Below are positions 46,121 through 55,700 of a stretch of 64,000 bases of DNA, piece after piece (within the stretch, counting starts at the first letter, position 1; each line of letters opens with the position of its first letter). The DNA is from Candidatus Eiseniibacteriota bacterium (GTDB lineage: Bacteria > Eisenbacteria > RBG-16-71-46 > JABDJR01). The position numbers were made by a program, and so were the translations under genes. Below the pieces are notes generated by a model that did not search any database, was not told the origin of the DNA, and saw nothing but the letters and a program-made list of their open reading frames with translations. The stretch is taken from NCBI GenBank assembly GCA_963762255.1, contig CAVXKA010000001.1:832001-896000 (forward strand). Direction: 5' to 3'.

Positions 46121-47491
46121 ATGAGAAGCAGGATCGCACCGGCAGGACCACGGGATGGCGAGCAAGGCTACGTCCTGGTCGGGGTTCTCGTGCTCACCCT
46201 GGGGATGCTGATCGTGGGCATGGCGTTCTTCGCCATCGCGGGCTACGAAACGCGGCTGGCACACGCCGACGCCCAGTCGCAGCAGGCGTTCTGGCTGGCC
46301 GAGGGGGGGAAGGAGCGGGCGCTGCGCTACATGGTGAAGCGGGATACCCCGCCGGACGAGGACCTGGACATCTACGTGAACGAGCCCGGCCCCGACGGCG
46401 GCACCTACAGCGTCAAGGTGTACGTGGACCCGGGCGCCATGTTCAGCCCGACCAAGGAATTTGAGCTCGAGTCCATCGGCGACGTGAACGGCGTGCGGCG
46501 TCGGATCCGGCAGCGCATCCTGATGGAATCGTTCGCCAAGTACGCGTACTTCACCGATGACGAGACAGCCCCGGGAGGCGGGGTGATCTGGTTCGTGAGC
46601 GCCGACCGTCTGGAAGGCCCCGTCCACTCCAACGGCACCCTCCACATCTCCGGCAGCCCGCGGTTCCTGAGCGAGGTGACCTCGCACTCCGACCGCATGA
46701 TCGGCTATCAGAACCACAACGTCTTCGACGCAGATGGCTGGCCCGTGGCCGGCAACAATCCCCAGTTCGAGGAGGGGTTCAAGCTCGACATCCCCAACAT
46801 CCCGCTCCCGACAGAGACGGCGGACCTCAAGACAGAGGCACAGGCGGGCGGGCTTCATCTTGGCGCCGCGATGAACATCGAGTTGGGGACGCGGGCCGAT
46901 GGAACCACGGACTACGCCTGGCTCAGGTTCAAGCCTGTGGGAGGCGCCCCGGCCGCCTGGAACGAAGTCAAGATCACGGCCCTGCCCAAGCGCGTGATCT
47001 ACGGCGAGGGCGATCTCAACGTCAAAGGGATCCTGGATGGCGAGTTGACCATCTCCAGCAAGCGCAACATCTACATCGTGGACGATCTCACCTACGCGGG
47101 GAGCAACGCGGCGGGAACGCCGTCCGCCGGCTGCAACGACCTGCTCGGCCTCGTCGCCGAGCGGGACATCATCTTCAAGGACCTGGGGGCGGTCACCATG
47201 GACCTGAAGGTGAACGCGGTCATGATGGCTCTGAACACGTCCATCACCGCGGAGAATTTCGGGAGTGGCGCGCCTCGGGGGACTCTGACCATCTGGGGCG
47301 GCCTCATCCAGAAGTACCGCGGCGCGGTGGGCCAGTTTGACGCCGGTACCGGAGCGATCATTCACGGCTACGCGAAGAACTACCACTACGACACGCGGGT
47401 CACCGGACGGATGCCCCCCCAGTTCCCGCTGCGGGGCGATTACACCGAGGGTACGTGGAGCGAGACCTGGGATGAGACGGCGCCCTTCTAG
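46121..47491 (+). CDS. PilX-like minor pilin (DUF4900-like body)
   Basis: EQG|YVLVGVLVL; AFWLAEGG; FAKYAYFTD; GPVHSN; GYAKNYHYD. Confidence 0.82.
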   Translation: MRSRIAPAGPRDGEQGYVLVGVLVLTLGMLIVGMAFFAIAGYETRLAHADAQSQQAFWLAEGGKERALRYMVKRDTPPDEDLDIYVNEPGPDGGTYSVKVYVDPGAMFSPTKEFELESIGDVNGVRRRIRQRILMESFAKYAYFTDDETAPGGGVIWFVSADRLEGPVHSNGTLHISGSPRFLSEVTSHSDRMIGYQNHNVFDADGWPVAGNNPQFEEGFKLDIPNIPLPTETADLKTEAQAGGLHLGAAMNIELGTRADGTTDYAWLRFKPVGGAPAAWNEVKITALPKRVIYGEGDLNVKGILDGELTISSKRNIYIVDDLTYAGSNAAGTPSAGCNDLLGLVAERDIIFKDLGAVTMDLKVNAVMMALNTSITAENFGSGAPRGTLTIWGGLIQKYRGAVGQFDAGTGAIIHGYAKNYHYDTRVTGRMPPQFPLRGDYTEGTWSETWDETAPF

Positions 47492-47993
47492 AAGTGCTCC
47501 GGCGGAAAGCGTCGGAGCACAGCGCGGCTTCACGATCGTGGAGTTCGCCGTTGCGTCGTTCCTGGCGCTGGTGGTTCTGCTTGGGATGGGCACTGTCTAC
47601 CTCATCGTCCAAAACAGCTTCCGAGTCGGGGCGAAAAAGGTCGTGGCGCAGCAGGAGGCGACACTGCTCTCGCAGGTCGTCAGCCGGCATGTCCGGGTCG
47701 GCGACGCTCTCTACGTGTATCGGTTGCCGGACAGGATTACCCCGCATCCGACCGGCGACGGGCTTGCGATCCTCGACGAGAACGACGTGCCGATCATGCG
47801 GCTGGAGTACGATGCCGGCACCGGGACGCTGGCGGACAGCCTCGGCGCAAGCGTCTCCGCGATGACCGTCCGCAACCTGCAGTTCAGCGTCGATCCCCTG
47901 CAGCCGCGAACCGTCGTTTTTCGGTTTGCGACCGACGACGAACATGGGAATCTTGTCGACGTTGAAAGCGCAGCCACTCTCCGCAACCCCTGA
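47472..47993 (+). CDS. Prepilin-type protein (PilW-like)
   Basis: QRG|FTIVEFAVA motif. Confidence 0.82.
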   Translation: MRRRPSRSAPAESVGAQRGFTIVEFAVASFLALVVLLGMGTVYLIVQNSFRVGAKKVVAQQEATLLSQVVSRHVRVGDALYVYRLPDRITPHPTGDGLAILDENDVPIMRLEYDAGTGTLADSLGASVSAMTVRNLQFSVDPLQPRTVVFRFATDDEHGNLVDVESAATLRNP

Positions 47994-48017
47994 TCTCTTC
48001 ACGCACCGGCGGCACTC

Positions 48018-48578
48018 GTGAACTACCGAGTCAACTTGTACCCGGAGCGGGAACTCCGTCGAGGAGCCCTCCGCCGCGAAACGCTTCGCGGCCTCAGCAC
48101 GGGTCTTCCCCTGGGAGCGGCCGTCCTGATCGTCGCCTTCCTTGTCGTCACCGGCCGGCAGCTCGGTCACCGGACCGCAGAACTCGAGGCCGATGTCCGC
48201 GAGCTGCAGGCGTTGTCGCTCGTCGTTCCACCCGAATCGCGGCAGGACGCGCCGCGTCGCCTCCTCGACAGCCGACTCGACCGGATCGATTGGGCGGTTC
48301 TCATGAGCGAGATGTCGAAGGCCATGCCGGCCGAGGTTTCGCTGACCGAGATCCGCGGGCTGGGTCGCGGGCGGACCGACGCAGGCCGCAAGCTCGTGCT
48401 CGTCGGCCATCTGCCGGAGGGCACCGAGGACCTCGCGCCCGTCATGGATCTCATCGGCTCGCTGCGAACGGGCCGTGAGATGAGCGTAGATTTTCCGATG
48501 GTGGCGCTAGAGACCGCAAAGAGCGGCGCGTGGGTGGATTTCGAAATCACTTGCCGCGTTCCCGGAGGGACGCCATGA
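48018..48578 (+). CDS. PilN-like protein
   Basis: RVNLYP, TM helix, coiled coil, DWAVLMSEMSKAMPAEVSLTEI. Confidence 0.8.
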   Translation: MNYRVNLYPERELRRGALRRETLRGLSTGLPLGAAVLIVAFLVVTGRQLGHRTAELEADVRELQALSLVVPPESRQDAPRRLLDSRLDRIDWAVLMSEMSKAMPAEVSLTEIRGLGRGRTDAGRKLVLVGHLPEGTEDLAPVMDLIGSLRTGREMSVDFPMVALETAKSGAWVDFEITCRVPGGTP

Positions 48579-49105
48579 CCGCGGCGCGTGCGCGATTCGG
48601 GTGGAGGCCGGCGCTGCTCTGCGCGGTGATGGCGGTCGGCCTGCTTCTGGATATGGTCTGGATCCGTCCGGAACAAGCCGCGTTGCGCAGGCTGAGCGAC
48701 CGGAAGGCGGAACTCCTCGAGTTTCGATCGACGGCGGAGAAGGTGGCGCGAGGGGCGGCGACGAACGGCGCGGGAGGCCCCGCGGCGGAAACCGAACTCG
48801 GTGTCGCGATGCGCTCGACCGATGAGCAGCTTCGATTCCTGGGCGACAGCGCGCGCCTGGCCGGTGTCCGACAACGCAAGCTGCAGATGACGGCGCGAAA
48901 GGGGCGGGGGCCCGTCGAGGAGACCTCGTTCGAGATGGAGGTGTACGGCAGCTTCGCCGACCTGGTGACCTTTCTCAAGGCGCTGGAGTTGGCCAGGCCG
49001 CTCATTGTCGTGAGCGGCGTCCACATGATGGCTCCGGCAATGAGTCCCGACGTCACGCTCCGCATCCAGGCCGTCGCGATCACCCCCGTCGCCGCCGCGG
49101 GATAG
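48575..49105 (+). CDS. PilO/GspM-like protein
   Basis: TM helix, coiled coil, GSFADLVTFLKALE; ATGA overlap with pilN. Confidence 0.75.
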   Translation: MTAARARFGWRPALLCAVMAVGLLLDMVWIRPEQAALRRLSDRKAELLEFRSTAEKVARGAATNGAGGPAAETELGVAMRSTDEQLRFLGDSARLAGVRQRKLQMTARKGRGPVEETSFEMEVYGSFADLVTFLKALELARPLIVVSGVHMMAPAMSPDVTLRIQAVAITPVAAAG

Positions 49106-49110
49106 TCGCG

Positions 49111-49779
49111 ATGCCTCTTCCCCACGATCAGGTTCACGTCTGGCGTGTGTCGCTGCTGCGCTCGCCGCTGGCAACGGTCGATCTGCGCGCACTTCTCTCC
49201 ACGAAGGAGGCGCGGCGCGCGGACACCCAAGCGGGGGAGCGGCTTCAACGGCGATTCGTGGTGGCCCACGCCGAGACGCGCCGAATCCTGGCCGGCTATC
49301 TTGGTGAAGATCCGCGAGCGCTCGTGTTCGATGTCTCCGCGCAGGGAAAGCCGCGTCTATCCAACGGCGGTCGCGACCTTCGCTTCAACCTGTCTCATTC
49401 CGGAGAACTCGCATTGCTGGCCGTGTCGTCGCACAGCGAGGTGGGCATCGACGTCGAGTGGGTCGATCCGCGGCGGGACCTCGGTGCGCTCCTGCCCGCG
49501 TTCGCCCCCGACGAAAGGGCCGAGCTGGAGCGCATTCCGGATGCCGAGCGCCGCGCCGCGCTGTTCGCGGCGTGGACGCGCAAGGAGGCGCGCTTGAAGG
49601 CGATGGGTCAAGGGATCGGGTGGGGGCTTGCCCCGAGCGATCGCGCGCCCGGCGATCGCGTGGAGGACGGCGCCCGGTGGACTCTCGTCGAAATCGAGTG
49701 CGGCGCCGACTACCGAGGGACGTTGGCCGCCGAGGGAGCGGACTGGGGGGTTCGCGTCTTCGACTCCGCGGAGCCCTGA
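49111..49779 (+). CDS. 4'-phosphopantetheinyl transferase (Sfp-type)
   Basis: GKPRL, FNLSHS, VGIDVE, WTRKEARLKA.G.G. Confidence 0.93.
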   Translation: MPLPHDQVHVWRVSLLRSPLATVDLRALLSTKEARRADTQAGERLQRRFVVAHAETRRILAGYLGEDPRALVFDVSAQGKPRLSNGGRDLRFNLSHSGELALLAVSSHSEVGIDVEWVDPRRDLGALLPAFAPDERAELERIPDAERRAALFAAWTRKEARLKAMGQGIGWGLAPSDRAPGDRVEDGARWTLVEIECGADYRGTLAAEGADWGVRVFDSAEP

Positions 49780-52700
49780 GGGCGTCGGCCCTCCATCAGC
49801 TCCGCCACCGCCGCGGTCAAGGTGTTGATCGTCGGCGCCTCCATCATCGCCCGAATGGGGAGCGACAACGCGAGATCGGCGTCGATGTGGTTCTTGAGTT
49901 CCACGGCCATGAGCGAGTCGAATCCGAGCTGGTTCAGGGGGCGGTCCGCGTCGAGGCTCGCCGCCGACGCGCCCAGCACTCGGGCAACTTGGTGGCGCAG
50001 GTAGCTCGCGAGGATCGCCGGGCGCGCATCGGGCTTCGCGCCGCGCAGGGCCTCGCGCAGCCGACTCCCTTCGTCCTCGGTGTCCGCCTTGCGAACCAGA
50101 TCCCCGAACAGCGCGGTGACGCGCTGCGCCATCCGCATCCCGCCGAGCGCCCCGGCCGAAGCGTTCCAGTCCAGTCGCAGGAAGCCGAGTTGTGCCTGAT
50201 GGCTCTGCATCATGCGCTCGAGACCGACCATGGCCTGCTTCGGCGAGAAGCCCACGAACCCGCGCCGGGTCAGGATCTCGCCGACCTCGGCGTGGCGGGC
50301 CACGTAGCCCACTTCGTCGAGCCGGCCCCAGTCGATGGTGAGCGCGGGGAGACCCAGGGAACGCCGGAAGTGGGCGAAGGCATCCAGGAACGCGTTCGCG
50401 GCGACGTAGTTCCCCTGGCCGGGAGTCCCCACCCAGGAACTGACCGAGCTGAAGAGGACGAAGTGGTCGAGGTCTTGGCCCAGCGTCAGCGTGTGCAGGT
50501 TCCACGCGCCGCCCGCCTTGACGTCCATCACCCGCGAGAATCGTTCGCGATTCTGTTGGAGCAGGATGCCGTCGTCGAAGACCACCGCCGAATGGAAGAC
50601 GCCCCGCAGCGGCGGCATCTCTGCGTGCGCGCGGTCGAGAACGGCGCGGAGATCCTCCGGGCGCGCCGCGTCCGCTGCCAACGCGAGCACGCAGACGCCG
50701 CGGGCCTCCAAGTCCCGCACCGCCGCGCGGGCTTCCTCGGATGCGGCGCCGCTGCGTCCGAGGAGGATCAGGTTTCCGCCCCCGCGCTCGGCGATCCAGC
50801 GCGCGACGACCAGGCCGAAGCCGCCGAGGCCGCCGGTGACCAGATAGCTCGCGTCGGCACGGAAGGCGATCGATTCTTCGGCGCGGCGCTCCACGCGAAG
50901 CCCGGGCTCTCGCATCGATAGCACGATCTTGCCGATGTGGCGCGCCTGCGCGACGTAGCGGAAGGCCTCCGTCGCGCGCGAGGCCGGAAAGACGGTGTAG
51001 GGGAGCGGGCGATACTCCCCAAGATCGAATCGTCGCTTGAGTTCGGTGAAGATCTCGCGAAAGAGCGCCGGGTGTTCCGCTCCCATACTGCCGAGATCGA
51101 CGACGTGGAACGAGATATTTCTGCGGAAGGCGAAGAGCCCGAGGCGACCGTTCTGGGCAATGTCGCGCTTGCCGAGTTCCAGGAACCGGCCGAAGGGCGC
51201 GGTGCAGGAGAGCCCCTTCTGGATGGCCCTGCCCGCCAGCGAGTTCAGCACGATGTCGACGCCTCGTCCGCCCGTGATCCGCAGGACCTCGTCGGCGAAG
51301 GCCAGGGAGCGCGAGTCCAGCACGTGCTCCACGCCGAGGAGCCTCAGAATCTCCCGCTTCTCCGGGCTTCCCGCGCTGGCGAAGACGATCGCGCCGGCCC
51401 GCTGCGCGATCTGGATTGCGGCCATCCCCACGCCGCCGGCGCCGGCGTGCACCAGCACCGTTTCCCCCGCGCGGAGCCGGCCGAGATGGTGCAGCGCGTA
51501 GTATGCGGTGAGGAACGCGACCGGCATGGTGGCCGCTTCCTCGAGGCTCAGGCCGTCCGGTTTGCGAAACACCGTGTTCGCATCTGCGATGACCGTGCCT
51601 GCGAAGGATCCGCGGGCCATGGCCATCACCTCGTCCCCGACCGAGAGCCCGGTCACGCCCGGTCCCAACGCGGTCACGCGCCCCGCGCACTCGTCGCCTA
51701 GGAGGAGGTAGTCGTCTGCCTCGGCGGGATAGAGCGCCAGCGACTTCAACACGTCGCGGAAGTTGAGACCGGCCGCATCGACACGGATCTCCACCTCGCC
51801 GGGGCCCGGCCCGCGGCGGGGAATCTCCCTCCATGCGATTTGGTCCATGATCCCCGAGGTGGAGGTCGTCAGCCTGAATCCCGCGCCGGCGAGATCGAGG
51901 GCGTCGACGGTGTCCGTCTTCGGCCGCATGTGAGCGCCTCGCGGCACCATGCGCGACTCGCGGCGCAGCGCCACCTCTTCCTCGAGATCGTCGGTCCAGA
52001 GTTCATCGAGAAGCGCGGCCGTTTCGCCCGCTTCGGGTGTGCGCGCGAGATCGATCATGCGGGTGTCGATGTCGGGGTGCTCGTTGATGAGCACGCGGCC
52101 CACGCCGATCAGTGGGGCTTGTGCGGCGCACACGGCGCCGCGTCCCTCGTCGGTAGCCTGGGCGCCGCGGGTGACCAATACGAGGCGAGGTGCCCCGCCG
52201 AGTCGCCCGGTGCGGCTCAGAGCCTGGACGAGGTGCAGGACCGAATGGCAGCCGAGAGCTTCCGCGCGTCGCATCGTGTCGAGCGTGGTCGCCTCCGGCG
52301 CCGCCGCGTCGAGGCTCCAGAGATGGACGATGCCGCGGATGACGTCCGTTGCCGGGTCGAGAGCCTCGATCACGCGCGCGATGTCCTCGGGGCGGTCCGG
52401 CGAGGCGGCGTAGCGATCCGGTTCCGTTCGCCGATAGGTCTCTCCCGCCTCGATGACCACGCACCGCGCGCCGCGGGCTCGGAGCGCCGCCTCTAACTCG
52501 CGCCCCACGCCGGTGCGATCGGTGAAGACGAGCCAAAGGCCGGGGTCGACGATCGGGAGCGAGGCATCGTTGCCGGTATCGACCAGCGCGTCTTCCTGCG
52601 GTCGGCGGGCGAGGAGGACGATCTGCGATGACCGGTTCCCGCCGGAGCGGAGTGGGAGCGCCTCGGCGCCCTCGAACCCCGACTCCTCGAACACGCGCAT

Positions 52701-55700
52701 CCATTGCACGGGATCCAGGAGCGGGTAGTCGGGTCGCAGATCCAGATCCTCGAACTTCCACCAACCCTCCATCAACCCGAAGATGAGATCGACCGACGGA
52801 CTCTTCCGTTCGCCCTCCACCATGAGCAGCACGCCACCCGGCGCCAGCAAGGTGTGGAGCCCGCCGAGCGCCCCCCGCAAGTCGGCGACCGCGTGCAACA
52901 CGTCCGACGCAACGATCACGTCGAAGGTCTGCGGCCCCAACCCCTGACTGCCCGCGTCCGCCTCGATGTCGAAAACGCGGAAGCGCGCGAAGGGGTGATC
53001 TCCGAAGCGTTGCTCCGCCTTGGACACAAAGAGAGGGGAGATGTCTGTGAAGAGATAGCGGGAGGTCAGGGGCTCGAGCACGGGAAGGAGGTGCGCGGTC
53101 AGGCCGCCGGTTCCTCCTCCGACCTCGAGCACGCGCAGGATCCCGCCCTCCGGTTGCGCCTTCTGGATGTGCTGGACTGCCGCCTCCACCGCGCGGTTGG
53201 TGATGCGGAAGACGGGAGCGCTCTGGTAGAGGGCGGCCAGCGTGCTGGCGGGCCCGTCGGGAAAGAGAACCTCCATAGGGTCCTCGTCGCCGCGGAAGAG
53301 GGCGTCGAGGTGGGCGCCGCAGCGGCCGATCAGGTTCAGCTCCGTGTGGAAGGCCGGGTGCTTCCTCCACGCGTCCCGCCAGAGGGCCTCGGCGTCGTCC
53401 CCGCGAAAGTCGCGACACACATCCCACGCGTCTTCCCCGGCGGACGTCACGTACCCCGCTTGCTCCAGATGCTGGAGGAAGCAGTGCAGGAGCTTGCGCA
53501 GATGCGGGCGCGCGCCGAGTCGCTCGGCCAGATCGTGTTCGGTGAACCGCGTTCCCGGATGCGGATCCACGCCGGCGTGGGGGACGAAACGCGCGATCCA
53601 GGCAAGCGCGGAGCGCTCCAGATCCGCGTAAGCCACGGGCGCGACCGTGATGAGACCGAGACGAGCCGCGAGCGCGGTCCCCTCGGAGGCGGCGACCTTC
53701 GCGATCTCCGCCACCGGCGGGATGGATCGCGCGGCGTGCGGAGCCTCGAGCACGCGGGGGTGGGGCTTGTTCTCCCAGCGGACCTCGAAGATCCACTGAA
53801 GCGGGTCTTGCGAATCGGTGGCACGGTTGCGATCGAGCGCCTGACATCGAAACCCCTCGATCCTCGCGGTGAGGTTCCCTTCGTCGTCGAGGATGTCGAG
53901 ATCCCCTTCCAGGATCCTGGTTCCGAAGTGAGCGATGCGGGCGTGCGCGCGCACCCGCGTTCCTGCGGCGCAGTAGACCGTAAGCCGCCGGATGTAGACG
54001 GGAAGGAAGAGGACGGGCGACGCGGCGGGTGCGTCGTCCGGAGCGGCGGCCAGCAGCACCTGGAAGCACGCGTCGAGGAGCGCGGGGTGGACGATGTAGC
54101 CGTCAGGGCGCAGCGAATCGGGGAGCGACACCTCGCCGAGCGCTTCGCCGTTTCCTCGGCGGATCTCCCGCATGCCGCGGAATGCCGGACCGTAGTGAAG
54201 GCCCATTGCGGCGAAGCGCGCGTAGCAGGAATCCACATCCACCGTCTGCGGCAGACGTCCGCGAAGCTGCGCGAGGTTCTCGGTCGGCTCGGGCGAGGCG
54301 ACCGCATCGGCGCTCACATAGCCCGCGCAGTGCGCGATCCACTCTCCGTCTCCACCCGGTGTGCCGCTGTGGATGGAGAACGTGCCTTCGTTGGTGTCGA
54401 CGCGCACTTGGAGGGTCGCCTCGCCACCTTCCTCCGACAGGATGAGCGCGCGGGGGATCTGCACGTCCTCCAGCGTCACGCACTCACGGCCCCACGCGCG
54501 GCGACCCGCCGCAACCGCCGCTTCCACGAAGCCGGCGGCGGGGAAGACCGCGTGCCGGTCGACGCGGTGATCTGCGAGATAGGTGAGCATGCGCAGGTCG
54601 AGCGGCGTTTGCCAAGCGGGGTCGGCCGCGCGCAGGTCGCGGTTCAGGAACGGATGGTCCTCCGCGCTCAGACGGGACGCATTCAACTCGGGGGATTCGT
54701 GCCAGTAGGTCTGCCGCCGCCAGGGGTGACCGGGCAAGCGCACCGCGCGCCCTCCCTCTGGCCACAGGCGGTTCCAGTCGACATCGTGTCCCAGCGTGTA
54801 GAGCGCGCCGAGGGAACCCAGCAGCACAACGCGCTCGCCCTCGTTCCGGCGCATCGACGGGAGAGCGGTACCTTTCCGGCCTCGGTGATGCATGCACTCG
54901 GCGATGTATCCGGAGAGGGCGGGGTGCGGGCCGAGTTCGAGGAAGGTGTGGAGGCCCTCGTCGAGCGCCCGATCCACGGCTTCGGCGAAGTGGACCCGGT
55001 CGCGCAGGCCGCGCCACCAGTATTCGGCCGTGAGTTCCTCCGGTCGCAGGCACTCGCCGGTCACGGCGGAGAACATCGGAACAACGCCGGGAAGCGTCTG
55101 GATCGGACCGAGCGCGCCGATCAAATCGTCGTGTACCGGGTCGAGAAGCGGGCTGTGGAAGGCGTAGTCGACCCGAAGCATGCGGGTGAACACGTCGCGC
55201 TCCGCGAGTCGTCGGGCGACGGCCTCCAGCGCCTCCGGTGTGCCGGAGAGGGTGGCCGAACGCGGGCTGTTCGAGGCCGCCACGGAAACGCTGTCCTCGA
55301 ACCCCACGATGGCCGCGCGCGCCTCCGCGTGAGGGAGACCCACCGCCATCATCGCGCCTTTGGACGAAGGACGGTCCATCGTGCGGCCACGATGAAACAC
55401 GATGCGCGCCGCTTCCGGCAGCGTGAGAAAACCCGCCACCTGCGCCGCGGCGATCTCGCCGACGCTGTGGCCGATCACCGCGGACGGCGTGATCCCCCAC
55501 GACTTCCACAGCGCGGCCAGTGCAACCTGGATGGCGAAGATCGCGGGCTGGGCCACCGCGGTGTCGTTGAGCCGCGACGCGCCTTCATCCGCGGTCAACT
55601 CGCTCCACAAGGACCAGTCGGCGACCTCGGCGAGGAGCCGGTCGCAGGTCCGGATGGTGTCGCGGAACACCGGCTCGTGCTCGAGGAGTTCTCTGCCCAT

